64,000 nt of DNA from an uncultured Actinomycetota bacterium (GCA_963791365.1 CAWBSG010000008.1:149950-213949); one strand, 5' to 3'; counted from the first letter of the stretch, positions 1-9,603 are shown. Notes: a model not told the origin generated them from the sequence alone. A program made the numbers and translations.

Positions 1-2
1 GG

Positions 3-401
3 CTCGGCACCCGCGACGTCGTGTGGCACGCAGACTCCGGTCTCCGGACCGGCCACCTCGTCCGCGGGCGGCTGGTCGCCGGTGACGACGGCAGCGGCGG
101 GGACGGTGCGGCGGCCGACATCGTGTGCGACCTGCTGGCGGTCGACGAGGCCTATCCCGAGCCGGTCGTCGACGACGCGACCCGGCTCCGGGTGCACCAG
201 GCCTGGCGGCACGGACAGGTCGTGGTCGGCAGCCTCGACGGATCGGGCGGCTCGGGCGGATCGGGCGGCACCCGGATGGTCCTGGCGGTGCCCGGCACCG
301 GCTTCGGTCCCGACCTCGTCCTGGAGGCCCTGGGACGCCTCGCCCGGGCCGTGGGCGCACACGCCGAGAGCTACGCCGCCCTGCTGCGCATCGGGGGATA
401 G
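3..401 (+). CDS. hypothetical protein, C-terminal fragment (5' end lies off the window)
   Basis: Frame is open to the window edge and has strong GC3 bias. It ends at TAG 399-401 and contains a Gly/Ser linker GSGGSGGSGG. No family recognised by eye. Confidence 0.35.
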   Translation, partial: LGTRDVVWHADSGLRTGHLVRGRLVAGDDGSGGDGAAADIVCDLLAVDEAYPEPVVDDATRLRVHQAWRHGQVVVGSLDGSGGSGGSGGTRMVLAVPGTGFGPDLVLEALGRLARAVGAHAESYAALLRIGG

Positions 402-411
402 GGTCGCGCTC

Positions 412-1317
412 ATGCACGACCCCTCAGATCCGGGCGGCTCCGTCCGGGGTCGCGAGATCGCCCTGTTGACCAATCCCACGTCCGGCAGGGGGAAGGGTGC
501 CCGCAACCGCGACGTCGCACTGGCGCGGCTGCGCCAGAGCGGGTTCGTGGTGCGCAACCTCCAGGGGCGCGACGGCGACGAGGCGCTCGACCTCGCCCGT
601 GCGTGCGTGGCCGACGGTGTCGAGGCGCTCGTCGTCTGCGGCGGGGACGGCCTGGTGCACCTCGGAGTGCAGGCGGTGGCCGGCACCGGCGTACCCCTCG
701 GGCTGATCCCCAGCGGCACGGGCAACGACGTCGCGCGCTACCTCGGACTGCCGCGCGCCGACCCGGTGGCCGCCGCCGACCGGGTGATCGCCTCGCGCCG
801 CCGCACCATCGACCTGGCCCGCAGCGGCGACCGCTGGTTCGTCACCGTGCTGGCGGCCGGCTTCGACGCGATCGTCAACGAGCGCGCCAACGCGATGACC
901 TGGCCGAAGGGCCAGATGCGCTACAACCTCGCCACGCTGGCCGAGCTGCGCACCTTCCGTCCGCTGCCCTACACCCTCCAGCTCGACGACGAGACCGTCG
1001 AGCACGAGGCCATGCTCGTGGCCGTCGGCAACGGCCCGTCCTTCGGCGGAGGGCTGCGGATCACCGAGGGCGCGCTGCTCGACGACGGCCTGCTCGACGT
1101 CGTGGTGATCACGAAGATGAGCAAGCCCAAGCTCGTGCGCTCCTACCCGCGCCTGTTCACCGGGAAGATCGACGGCGTCGCGGAGTACGTCCACCGGCGG
1201 GTGCGCTCGGTCACCGTCGCCGCGCCCGGCATCGTCTCCTACGCCGACGGGGAGCGCTTCGGTCCGCTTCCGCTCACGGTCACGTGCGACCCGGGCGCAC
1301 TCGAGGTGCTGGCATGA
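412..1317 (+). CDS. diacylglycerol kinase family lipid kinase (DAGK_cat/LCB5-like)
   Basis: Motifs NPTSGRGKG, VVCGGDGLVH and GLIPSGTGNDVARYLG. ATG 412 is codon 111 of track ORF 82..1317; the upstream part of that ORF overlaps the preceding gene. Confidence 0.88.
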   Translation: MHDPSDPGGSVRGREIALLTNPTSGRGKGARNRDVALARLRQSGFVVRNLQGRDGDEALDLARACVADGVEALVVCGGDGLVHLGVQAVAGTGVPLGLIPSGTGNDVARYLGLPRADPVAAADRVIASRRRTIDLARSGDRWFVTVLAAGFDAIVNERANAMTWPKGQMRYNLATLAELRTFRPLPYTLQLDDETVEHEAMLVAVGNGPSFGGGLRITEGALLDDGLLDVVVITKMSKPKLVRSYPRLFTGKIDGVAEYVHRRVRSVTVAAPGIVSYADGERFGPLPLTVTCDPGALEVLA

Positions 1318-4139
1318 GCACCTCCTCGACCTCCCCGGACGGGACCGGCGACGAGCAGACGCCGGCCGAGCGCTACGCCGCCTTCCAGCGCGACAAGCCC
1401 TACCCGATGCTCAAGGAGTTCTCCGGGCTCTACGGCTTCGAGCTCGACGACTTCCAGATCAGGGCGTGCCAGGAGATCGAGAGCGATCGCGGCGTGCTGG
1501 TCGCCGCGCCGACCGGCTCCGGCAAGACGATCGTCGGCGAGTTCGCGATCCACCTCGCGCTGCAGACCGGCCGCAAGGCGTTCTACACCACGCCGATCAA
1601 GGCGCTGTCGAACCAGAAGTTCAACGACCTGGTGAAGCGCTACGGCGCCGAGAACGTCGGCCTGCTGACGGGCGACAACGTCGTCAACGGCGAGGCCCCG
1701 GTCGTCGTGATGACGACCGAGGTGCTGCGCAACATGCTGTACGCCAGCTCGCGCACGCTGCTCGGCCTGGGCTACGTCGTGATGGACGAGGTCCACTACC
1801 TCGCCGACCGGATGCGCGGAGCGGTGTGGGAGGAGGTCATCATCCACCTGCCGGAGTCGGTGACCCTGGTGTCGCTGTCCGCCACCGTCTCCAACGCCGA
1901 GGAGTTCGGCGAGTGGCTGGCCACCGTGCGCGGCGAGACCACCACCATCCTCGAGGAGAAGCGTCCGGTCCCGCTCTTCCAGCACGTCATGGTGGGCCGC
2001 CGCCTGCTCGACCTGTTCGCCTCCTCCGACGTCGACGCGAGCGCGGGCTTCGTGAAGGAGGGCGCCCCGGTCAACGACGAGCTGACCCGGATCGCCCGCG
2101 ACGACTGGGCCAGCACCCGGTTGATGCGGGACCGCAAGTCACCACGCAAGGGCCGGCCGGGCTCGTCGAAGAACCCCCGCTCGGGCGGCAACGGCCGCCG
2201 CGTGTGGATCCCCAGCCGGGTCGAGGTCGTCGAGCGACTCGACCGCGAGGGGCTGCTGCCCGCGATCGTGTTCATCTTCAGCCGCGCCGGCTGTGACGCG
2301 GCGGTCACCCAGCTCGTCCAGGCGAACACCCGCCTCACCACGGCGGCCGAGCGCGACGAGATCTTCGCCCGCGTCGAGGAGGCCTCGCGCTCGCTGCCGG
2401 AGGAGGACCTCCACGTCCTCGGCTACCACGAGTTCCTCGACGGCCTCACCCGCGGCGTCGCCGCCCACCACGCCGGCCTGTTGCCCGCGTTCAAGCAGGT
2501 CGTGGAGGCGCTGTTCCAGGAGGGCCTGGTCAAGGTCGTCTTCGCGACCGAGACCCTCGCCCTCGGCATCAACATGCCCGCCCGCACCGTGGTCATCGAG
2601 AAGCTGTCGAAGTGGAACGGCGAGACGCACGCCGACCTGACGCCGGGGGAGTACACGCAGCTCACCGGCCGCGCCGGTCGCCGCGGTCTCGACATCGAGG
2701 GCCACGGCGTCGTGCTCTACCAGCCCGGGATGAACCCGCGCGAGGTCGCCGGCCTCGCCTCGACGCGTACGTATCCGCTCCGCTCCTCGTTCCGGCCGTC
2801 CTACAACATGGCGGTCAACCTGGTGCACCAGTTCGGCCGCGCCCGCTCGCGCGAGCTGCTCGAGCAGTCGTTCGCCCAGTACCAGGCCGACAAGGCCGTC
2901 GTCGGGCTCGCCCGGCAGGTGCACAAGGCCGAGGAGGCGCTGGACGGCTACCGCGAGGCGGCCACCTGCCACGTGGGCGACTTCATGGAGTACGCCGGCC
3001 TGCGCCGGCAGATCTCGGACCTCGAGAAGGGCGCAGCGCGCGAGCGACGCCAGGACCGGCGTGCCGAGGCGGTCGCCTCGCTCGGTCGGTTGCGCCCCGG
3101 CGACGTGATCAAGGTGCCCGCCGGCAAGTTCAGCGGGCTCGCCGTGGTGATCGACCCGGGGCACTCGGGCGACGAGCCCAGGCCGTACGTCGTCACCGCG
3201 GACCGGCAGGCCAGGCGGCTGGCGCCGATGGACTTCCCGGTCCCGGTCGAGGCGATCGGCCGGATGCGGATCCCGAAGACCTTCAACGGCCGCAACCCGG
3301 CGATGCGGCGTGACCTCGCCACCCAGCTCCGCGCCCGGGCGCGCGACGGCGACGGCCCCGGACCGCGGCGCACCAACAAGCAGGACTCCTTCAGCGACAC
3401 CCCGACAGACCGCGAGATCGGGCGACTGCGCGCAGACCTCAAGGCGCACCCCTGCCACCAGTGCCCCGAGCGCGAGGACCACGCCAGGTGGGCCGAGCGC
3501 TACTTCAAGCTCGAACGCGACACCGAGACCCTCAAGCGCCGCGTCGAGACCCGCACCAACACCGTCGCGCGCACCTTCGACCGCGTCTGCGAGGTGCTGA
3601 CGGCGCTGGGCTACCTCGACGGCGACAAGGTGACCGAGCAGGGCGCGCACCTGCGCCGGATCTACACCGACATGGACCTCGTCGCGGCCGAGGCGATCCG
3701 CGCCGGCCTGTTCGACGACCTCGGGCCGTCCGAGCTCGCGGCGGTCCTGTCGGCGCTGGTCTTCGAGGCGCGACGTGCCGACGATGCGTCGTCGCCGAAG
3801 ATGCCCGGCGGCCAGGTCCGTCCGGTGCTGGCCGAGCTGGTCCGGGTGTGGGGACAGCTGGACGCACTCGAGCGCGACCACAAGCTCGACTTCCTGCGCG
3901 AGCCCGACATGGGCTTCGCGTGGGCGGCGTGGCGGTGGGCGGAGGGCGACGACCTCGACGACGTACTCATGGTGACGGGACTGTCGGCCGGCGACTTCGT
4001 GCGCTGGATGAAGCAGCTGCTCGACCTCTGCGGCCAGGTCGCGGACGCCGCCGGGGACAGCGGTCTCCGCACCACGGCGCGGGCCGCGGCGAAGTCGCTC
4101 AAGCGCGGCGTGATCGCCTACAGCGTGCTGGCGGAGTGA
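1314..4139 (+). CDS. helY: Ski2-like DExH-box RNA helicase HelY
   Basis: Walker A AAPTGSGKT, DEVH box (MDEVHY), SAT (LSATVSN), HHAGLLP, and a long C-terminal DSHCT-like region. ATGA overlap with the upstream stop. ATG 1314 is codon 238 of track ORF 603..4139. Confidence 0.9.
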   Translation: MSTSSTSPDGTGDEQTPAERYAAFQRDKPYPMLKEFSGLYGFELDDFQIRACQEIESDRGVLVAAPTGSGKTIVGEFAIHLALQTGRKAFYTTPIKALSNQKFNDLVKRYGAENVGLLTGDNVVNGEAPVVVMTTEVLRNMLYASSRTLLGLGYVVMDEVHYLADRMRGAVWEEVIIHLPESVTLVSLSATVSNAEEFGEWLATVRGETTTILEEKRPVPLFQHVMVGRRLLDLFASSDVDASAGFVKEGAPVNDELTRIARDDWASTRLMRDRKSPRKGRPGSSKNPRSGGNGRRVWIPSRVEVVERLDREGLLPAIVFIFSRAGCDAAVTQLVQANTRLTTAAERDEIFARVEEASRSLPEEDLHVLGYHEFLDGLTRGVAAHHAGLLPAFKQVVEALFQEGLVKVVFATETLALGINMPARTVVIEKLSKWNGETHADLTPGEYTQLTGRAGRRGLDIEGHGVVLYQPGMNPREVAGLASTRTYPLRSSFRPSYNMAVNLVHQFGRARSRELLEQSFAQYQADKAVVGLARQVHKAEEALDGYREAATCHVGDFMEYAGLRRQISDLEKGAARERRQDRRAEAVASLGRLRPGDVIKVPAGKFSGLAVVIDPGHSGDEPRPYVVTADRQARRLAPMDFPVPVEAIGRMRIPKTFNGRNPAMRRDLATQLRARARDGDGPGPRRTNKQDSFSDTPTDREIGRLRADLKAHPCHQCPEREDHARWAERYFKLERDTETLKRRVETRTNTVARTFDRVCEVLTALGYLDGDKVTEQGAHLRRIYTDMDLVAAEAIRAGLFDDLGPSELAAVLSALVFEARRADDASSPKMPGGQVRPVLAELVRVWGQLDALERDHKLDFLREPDMGFAWAAWRWAEGDDLDDVLMVTGLSAGDFVRWMKQLLDLCGQVADAAGDSGLRTTARAAAKSLKRGVIAYSVLAE

Positions 4140-4170
4140 TCCGGCGCAGCGTTGTGGCAGGCTCCCTGAC

Positions 4171-5100
4171 GTGACCGACCGCCTGATGCTGCTCGACACC
4201 GCCTCGCTCTACTTCCGGGCCTTCTTCGGCGTGCCGGACTCGATGAAGGCGCCCGACGGCACGCCGGTCAACGCGGTGCGCGGGCTGATGGACTTCATCA
4301 GCCGGCTCGTGGGGGAGTACGACCCGAGCCACCTGGTCTGCTGCTGGGACGACGACTGGCGACCGCAGTGGCGTGTGGACCTGATCCCCTCCTACAAGTC
4401 CCACCGCGTCGTCGCGGCGCGGCCGGGCTCGACGCCCGACATCGAGGAGGTGCCGGACCCGCTCGAGACGCAGATCCCGATCATCTTGTCGGTGCTGGCG
4501 GCCTACGGCATCACCGTGGTCGGCCACCCCGAGATGGAGGCCGACGACGTCATCGGCACCCTCGCGACCGGCGCCGGCATGCCGGTCGACATCGTCACCG
4601 GCGACCGCGACCTGTTCCAGCTCGTCGACGACGAGGCGGAGGTGCGGGTGCTCTACGTCGCCCGGGGGGTCAGCCGGCACGAGCGCGTCGACAACGCGTG
4701 GGTGCGCAGCAAGTACGGCGTCGACGCCCACCAGTACGCCGACCTCGCCACGCTGCGCGGTGACGCCTCCGACGGCCTGCCCGGCGTCGCCGGCGTCGGG
4801 GACAAGACCGCCGCGACGCTGCTCAACCGGTTCGGCACGATCGACGCGGTCGTCGCCGCCGCGAGCGATCCCGACTCCGACATGGGCCCCGGTCCGCGCG
4901 GGAAGATCAAGGCGGCGCTCGACTATCTCGACGTCGCACCCGAGGTGGTCGCCGTACGCCGTGACCTGGACCTCGGCTCGCCCGGAACGACCCGCCCGCG
5001 CACGCCGGCCGACCCCGACGCCGTCGTGGCCCTCGACCAGAGGTGGGACCTCGGCTCGTCGGCCGTCCGTCTCGTGCAGGCGTTGTCGGGCTCGCACTAG
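4171..5100 (+). CDS. 5'-3' exonuclease (FEN / Pol I N-terminal domain family)
   Basis: LLLDTASLYFRAFFG, GDRDLFQLV and an H3TH motif LRGDASDGLPGVAGVGDKTAATLL. Adjacent to helY, as I recall for mycobacteria. Confidence 0.85.
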   Translation: MTDRLMLLDTASLYFRAFFGVPDSMKAPDGTPVNAVRGLMDFISRLVGEYDPSHLVCCWDDDWRPQWRVDLIPSYKSHRVVAARPGSTPDIEEVPDPLETQIPIILSVLAAYGITVVGHPEMEADDVIGTLATGAGMPVDIVTGDRDLFQLVDDEAEVRVLYVARGVSRHERVDNAWVRSKYGVDAHQYADLATLRGDASDGLPGVAGVGDKTAATLLNRFGTIDAVVAAASDPDSDMGPGPRGKIKAALDYLDVAPEVVAVRRDLDLGSPGTTRPRTPADPDAVVALDQRWDLGSSAVRLVQALSGSH

Positions 5101-5110
5101 TCTGGGACGC

Positions 5111-5563
5111 GTGAGCGCTCCCGAGGTCGAGTCCAAGGACCGGCAGATCCTGTCCCTGCTGGCGGTCGACGGCCGGATGTCCTACACCGACCTCGGCAAG
5201 GCGACCGACCTGTCGACCTCGGCGGTGCACCAGCGGGTCAAGCGCCTCGAGCAGCGCGGCCTGATCACCGGCTACGGCGCGACGGTCGACCACGACCAGC
5301 TCGGCCGCCCGCTGACGGCGTTCATCTCGATCACGCCGACCGATCCGACCCAGCCCGACGACTACCCCGAACGGCTCGAGGGGATCCCGGAGATCGAGTC
5401 GTGCTGGTCGGTGGCGGGGGAGGAGTCCTACATCCTCAAGATCCGGGTCGCCACGCCCCGCGACCTCGAGGACCTGCTCGCCCGCATCCGGGGCGCCGCC
5501 ACCGTGTCCACCCGCACCACGATCGTCCTCTCCACGCCCTACGAGAACCGCCCGGCGGAGTAG
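5111..5563 (+). CDS. Lrp/AsnC family transcriptional regulator
   Basis: AsnC-type HTH (DRQILSLLAVDGRMSYTDLGKATDLSTSAVHQRVKRLEQRGLI) plus a RAM/ligand domain. GTG 5111 is in frame with track ORF 4760..5563. Confidence 0.9.
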   Translation: MSAPEVESKDRQILSLLAVDGRMSYTDLGKATDLSTSAVHQRVKRLEQRGLITGYGATVDHDQLGRPLTAFISITPTDPTQPDDYPERLEGIPEIESCWSVAGEESYILKIRVATPRDLEDLLARIRGAATVSTRTTIVLSTPYENRPAE

Positions 5564-5583
5564 CCTGCGCCCCCTTGCTTGCA

Positions 5584-5660
5584 TGAGTCCCCGCACGTGC
5601 GGGGACTCCGACACTCGGAGGGGGTTGCAACGGCCTCCAAGTGTCGGACTCGCCCTCCAA
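5584..5660 (+). repeat. structured intergenic repeat, family 1, copy 1 (about 77 bp, nested hairpins)
   Basis: GAGTCCCCGCACGTGCGGGGACTC palindrome, followed by GACACTCGGAGGGGGTTGCAACGGCCTCCAAGTGTC and GGACTCGCCCTCC. Aligns along its whole length with 6934..7012 and with the reverse complement of 8039..8118. Confidence 0.85.
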
Positions 5661-5701
5661 CCCTGTGGCGGAAGGGGCACTACAGGTGTAGTTTTCGAGC
5701 C

Positions 5702-6262
5702 GTGGTCGACCGACGAACGGCACTGCTCGACGCCGCACTGGACATCGTGGGCACGCACGGCATGCGGGCCCTGACGCACCGCGCCGTCGATGCGCAGGCG
5801 GGCCTGGCCGGCGGGTCGACCTCCAACCTCTTCCGCACCCGCGAGGCGTTGCTCGTCGGGTTGGCGGAGCGGTTCGTCGAGCGCGAGCGCGCCATGGCCG
5901 AGGGGGGTCGCGGCGAGGTCGAGGCGTCCGTCGAGGGCATCGCGGAGGCGCTCGGCCGCTTCGCGCACCTCGCGACGACCTCGGAGCGAGTCGTGACCTT
6001 GGCGCGGTACGCCCTGCTGGTGGAGGCCGCCCAGCATCCCGAGCTGGCGAGCGTCCTGGTCGACGGCGCCGACCGGGTCGACACGTGGGCGCTCGACCTC
6101 GTCACGCGCGCCGGATCGGGGGATCCGGTGCGCGACGAGGACGTCCTGGCCAACTTCGTCACCGGGATGGTGCTGCACCAGCTGGCCCTCCCGGCGACCG
6201 ACTTCGACCCGACGGGACGGATCGCCGCCCTGATCGCCACCCTCGACTGGAGGTCGTCATGA
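5702..6262 (+). CDS. TetR/AcrR family transcriptional regulator
   Basis: TetR_N HTH (LLDAALDIVGTHGMRALTHRAVDAQAGLAGGSTSNLFRTREAL). GTG 5702 is codon 42 of track ORF 5579..6262; the upstream codons lie inside repeat copy 1. Confidence 0.85.
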   Translation: MVDRRTALLDAALDIVGTHGMRALTHRAVDAQAGLAGGSTSNLFRTREALLVGLAERFVERERAMAEGGRGEVEASVEGIAEALGRFAHLATTSERVVTLARYALLVEAAQHPELASVLVDGADRVDTWALDLVTRAGSGDPVRDEDVLANFVTGMVLHQLALPATDFDPTGRIAALIATLDWRSS

Positions 6263-6912
6263 CCGAGTCCCTCAGTGACCTCGTCGACGCGGAGCGGCGC
6301 GCCCTGATCGATACCCTCGAGCCACTGACCGACGAGCAGTGGCAAGCACCGTCCCTGTGCCAGGGCTGGCGCGTGATCGACGTCGCGGCGCACCTGGCGT
6401 GGGCCCCCGTCCTCGGTCCGGCGGCCGGCGTCGTGGCGCTGGCCCGGCACGGCTTCTCGGCGAACCGGACGATCGCAGGCTCGGCGGTCGCGTGGTCCGC
6501 GCGTGGCCGTGAGGCGATCCTCGGACAGCTCGAGCGCAACCGGGAGACGGGCGCCAGGCCGATCGGGATGCCGGAGGTGGCGGCCCTCGCCGACGCAGTC
6601 GTCCACGCCATCGACGTACGCCGACCGCTGGGCCTGGCGCATCCGGTGCCGTCCGCCGCGGTCGCCCCTGTGGCTGACTTCGCGCTCGCCACGCGGTGGC
6701 CCCTCAGCACCGTGATCGGCGGCAGCACGCGGCAGCGGGTGGCCGGCGTCCGGCTGGTGGTGCCCGAAGCTGGTTGGGAGCACGGGGCAGGTCCCGAGGT
6801 CAGCCTCTCCTCGGACGCGGCGATGCGGCTGACGTACGGCCGTCCCGTCGCTGCCGACGAGCTCTCCGGCGAGGGTGCCCCGCTCCTGCGCTCCCGCCTC
6901 GCCGCCCACTGA
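6259..6912 (+). CDS. mycothiol-dependent maleylpyruvate isomerase family / DinB-fold protein
   Basis: N-terminal pattern LTDEQWQAPSLCQGWRVIDVAAHL is typical of the actinobacterial TIGR03083-like family. ATGA overlap with the tetR stop. Confidence 0.8.
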   Translation: MTESLSDLVDAERRALIDTLEPLTDEQWQAPSLCQGWRVIDVAAHLAWAPVLGPAAGVVALARHGFSANRTIAGSAVAWSARGREAILGQLERNRETGARPIGMPEVAALADAVVHAIDVRRPLGLAHPVPSAAVAPVADFALATRWPLSTVIGGSTRQRVAGVRLVVPEAGWEHGAGPEVSLSSDAAMRLTYGRPVAADELSGEGAPLLRSRLAAH

Positions 6913-6933
6913 TCGCAGCCGTGCTGGCGTCTG

Positions 6934-7012
6934 TCGGACTCCCCGCTCGTGCGGGGACTCCGACACCTGGTGGCGGTTGCAACGGCCTCCAAGTGCGCGA
7001 CTCGCCCTCCCA
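6934..7012 (+). repeat. structured intergenic repeat, family 1, copy 2
   Basis: Same roughly 79-bp element as 5584..5660, with two mismatches in the left arm of the first hairpin. It sits between convergent stops at 6912 and 7015. Confidence 0.85.
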
Positions 7013-7014
7013 GC

Positions 7015-7971
7015 TCATGGGGTGACACGTAGCGCACGCCTGCGGCTGTCGAGCGCCTGGTTGATCCGCCGAGCGAGCACGATCGGACGTTCCAGGTCGG
7101 CCCAGGTGATGCGGATGCAGATCCAACCCTTGCGCAGGCAGATCTGCTCCTCCCGCCGCTTCTCCCGCATGAGGTAGTCCGCCAGCGACTCACCCGGCCG
7201 CCGGTGCTGCTCGTACTTGATGCGCCCGTCGAACTCCAAGAACACTCCCCACTCCTCCCACAGGAAGTCCACGATGCCGAGCAGGTGCCCTCGATCGTCG
7301 AACACCTCGACCTGGGGCTTCGGTCGGGGGACGCGGTGCGCGTAGAAGAAGTGCCATGTGCGCGCTTCAGCGATATTGGTCACGCGAGGCTCGGCTCGAG
7401 CCAGGACGAGTCTCGTGTTGAGACTGTGCGGCCAGTGACGTGCGTCGGCAGCGACGGCGCGGAGATCGGCCATCGTTGCGAGCCCGAGGTGCAGGACCCC
7501 GCACACCACCACGAGCCCCACCTCTGGTCCATGGGACGTCACGACCTCGATGGCGGCCCGGGCGGGCTTCACGACTGGCACCCCGTCGCGCAGTGTCCAC
7601 CACCGCTTGCCGAGCGTCGCTCGATGGTGGACGACGCCAGCTTCGCGCCGCCCGGGACGTCCGTCGGTCCGCGTGAGGTGCGTCTGGTCGAGATCGAGCT
7701 CCCAGAGCGGGACCTCGTACTCGGCGAGGGCGCACTGATGGCTCAACACCGACGACGTGTGCGAGGTGCGGAGGACGGCCCTCGCCCGGGCTCGCATGAG
7801 ACCTACCTCGTCAAGGTCCTTGACGAGCTCGGTCGGCACGTAGGCGCCGTACCGCAACTTCGTCAGAGTCCCGGCCCTGACCTGCGCCTTGATGTCGCGG
7901 TCCGTCAGACCTTCCGCCACCAGCTGGCGGCGTAGCAGGACATCGAGGGGTGAGATCTGGAAAGCGGCCAT
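7015..7971 (-). CDS. AbiEi_4-like N-terminal wHTH / DUF559 (Vsr-like endonuclease fold) domain protein
   Basis: The N-terminus (LLRRQLVAEGLTDRDIKAQVRAGTLTKLRYGAY) and the C-terminus (GIVDFLWEEWGVFLEFDGRIKY...REKRREEQICLRKGWICIRITW) match my memory of the multicopy actinobacterial family annotated as an AbiEi antitoxin domain plus DUF559. Confidence 0.7.
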   Translation of the reverse strand: MAAFQISPLDVLLRRQLVAEGLTDRDIKAQVRAGTLTKLRYGAYVPTELVKDLDEVGLMRARARAVLRTSHTSSVLSHQCALAEYEVPLWELDLDQTHLTRTDGRPGRREAGVVHHRATLGKRWWTLRDGVPVVKPARAAIEVVTSHGPEVGLVVVCGVLHLGLATMADLRAVAADARHWPHSLNTRLVLARAEPRVTNIAEARTWHFFYAHRVPRPKPQVEVFDDRGHLLGIVDFLWEEWGVFLEFDGRIKYEQHRRPGESLADYLMREKRREEQICLRKGWICIRITWADLERPIVLARRINQALDSRRRALRVTP

Positions 7972-8038
7972 GCCGGGAGAGTGCCCGCCCGCCGAGGGGC
8001 GTCAAACGGAGCCGACCGAGGCTGTGGACAACCACTGC

Positions 8039-8118
8039 TTGGAGGGCGAGTCCGCCACTTGGAGGGGGTTGCAAGGGCCTCCAGGTGTCGGAGTCCCCGC
8101 ACGTGCGGGGACTCCGAC
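8039..8118 (-). repeat. structured intergenic repeat, family 1, copy 3 (inverted relative to copies 1 and 2)
   Basis: The reverse complement aligns with copies 1 and 2. Contains a perfect 28-bp palindrome CGGAGTCCCCGCACGTGCGGGGACTCCG at 8089..8116. Confidence 0.85.
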
Positions 8119-8136
8119 GAGGAGCGAAGCGAGGCC

Positions 8137-9603
8137 TCAGTAGGCCTGGAGGGCCGCCGTACGGCGGGACGCCTCGGCCATCTCGGCGGCCTTCAGCGAG
8201 GCCTCGTCGAGCCGGCCGTGCTGCTCCCACCACTGCTGGCCGGACTCGGGGAGGGTGTGGATCGGGTCGTAGTACTCGTAGAAGCGCGAGAGGGCCTCGG
8301 CGTCCGTGGCCTCGATGGACGTGCGGTAGTTCTTCGTCCAGTAGGAGATGCCGTGCTCGGTGTCGTAGTCGGCGTTCTGGTGGACCCAGCGCTTGCCGAC
8401 GAACGGCACGTCGCACACGATGCGCGGCGTCGCGAAGCCCGGCAGGTAGCCCATGATGTGGTGCTGCAGGCGCTGCGCGTCGGCGAGCGAGACCCGCCAG
8501 TGCTCCGAGAACGGGATCATGTCGCACATGTAGAAGTAGTAGGGCATGATCTGCGCGCCGTCGAGCAGGCGGAAGCAGAGGTCGAGCAGGGCGTGCGGTT
8601 CGGCGTTCACGCCGTTGAGCAGCACCCCCTGGTTGCGTACGTCGCGCAGGCCGGCGTCGAGCATCGCCCGGGTCGCCTCGGCGACGATCGGCGTCACGGA
8701 GTTCGCGTGGTTGGCGTGGGTGTGCATCGCGAGCGAGACGCCGCGCGAGCGGGCCAGCGTGGCGACGCGGTTCACGCCCTCGACCACGTCGGGCTGCAGC
8801 CAGTGCTGCGGCAGGCCGATGAGGGCCTTGGTGGCGAGGCGGATGTCGCGGATGTTCTCCACCTCGAGGACCGAGGTGAGGAACGCCTCCAGGCGGGGCC
8901 ACGGCATGTTGGCCACGTCGCCACCGGAGACCACGACGTCGCGCACGGACGGCGTACGACGCAGGTAGTCCAGCATGTCGCCGAGCCGGTCGTTGGGCTT
9001 GCCGGCGAACTTGAGCTTCTCGATGACCGGCGTCGAGTTGCCGACCAGGTCCATGCGGGTGCAGTGGCCGCAGTACTGCGGGCAGGTCGGCAGCAGCTCG
9101 GCCAGCACCTTGGTGGGGTAGCGGTGGGTCAGCCCCTCGGTCGCCCACATGTCGTGCTCGTGGAGGGAGTCGCGCGCGGCGTGCGGGTGCGACGGCCAGT
9201 CGGTGCGGCGGTCGCTGAGGACCGGCAACATGTAGTGGCGGATCGGGTCGGCGTAGAACGCCTCGGTGAGGGAGCCCGGCCCGGCGGGCGAGACCTGCGG
9301 CACCATCGTGTTCATCATCTGCGGCGGCACGAGCATCGACATGGTGGCGCGCTCGGCCTGGTCGCGCTCGAGGTCGGCGTAGAAGCGCTCGTCGAGGAGG
9401 TCGCCCATCAGCTCGCGCAGCTGCTTGAGGTTCTTGACGCAGTGGGCGCGCTGCCACTGCACGGAGGCCCAGTCCTCGGCGGTCACGTCGGCCCACCCGG
9501 GGAACCGGGTCCAGTCGGGCTCGACGAGCTCGACGCGCTGGTAGGGGTAGGGCTGTCCGGTGGCGAGTGCGCCGTCCAGCTGGGTGGCGGTCTCGATGCT
9601 CAT
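8137..9603 (-). CDS. kamA: lysine 2,3-aminomutase (radical SAM, KamA family)
   Basis: Radical-SAM CxxxCxxC = CPQYCGHC, with KamA-like context (THRYPTKVLAELLPTCPQYCGHCTR, VVVSGGD). ATG 9603 is codon 201 of track ORF 8137..10203, with SD AAGGAGA upstream. Confidence 0.9.
   Translation of the reverse strand: MSIETATQLDGALATGQPYPYQRVELVEPDWTRFPGWADVTAEDWASVQWQRAHCVKNLKQLRELMGDLLDERFYADLERDQAERATMSMLVPPQMMNTMVPQVSPAGPGSLTEAFYADPIRHYMLPVLSDRRTDWPSHPHAARDSLHEHDMWATEGLTHRYPTKVLAELLPTCPQYCGHCTRMDLVGNSTPVIEKLKFAGKPNDRLGDMLDYLRRTPSVRDVVVSGGDVANMPWPRLEAFLTSVLEVENIRDIRLATKALIGLPQHWLQPDVVEGVNRVATLARSRGVSLAMHTHANHANSVTPIVAEATRAMLDAGLRDVRNQGVLLNGVNAEPHALLDLCFRLLDGAQIMPYYFYMCDMIPFSEHWRVSLADAQRLQHHIMGYLPGFATPRIVCDVPFVGKRWVHQNADYDTEHGISYWTKNYRTSIEATDAEALSRFYEYYDPIHTLPESGQQWWEQHGRLDEASLKAAEMAEASRRTAALQAY

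Noticed and set aside
5584-8118. Possible CRISPR array, because the repeat hairpin GAGTCCCCGCACGTGCGGGGACTC resembles type I-E repeats.
   Set aside because: The copies are 1.1-1.3 kb apart, separated by ordinary genes. About 50 nt of flanking sequence beyond the hairpin is conserved, one copy is inverted, and no cas genes or leader are present. This is not an array.
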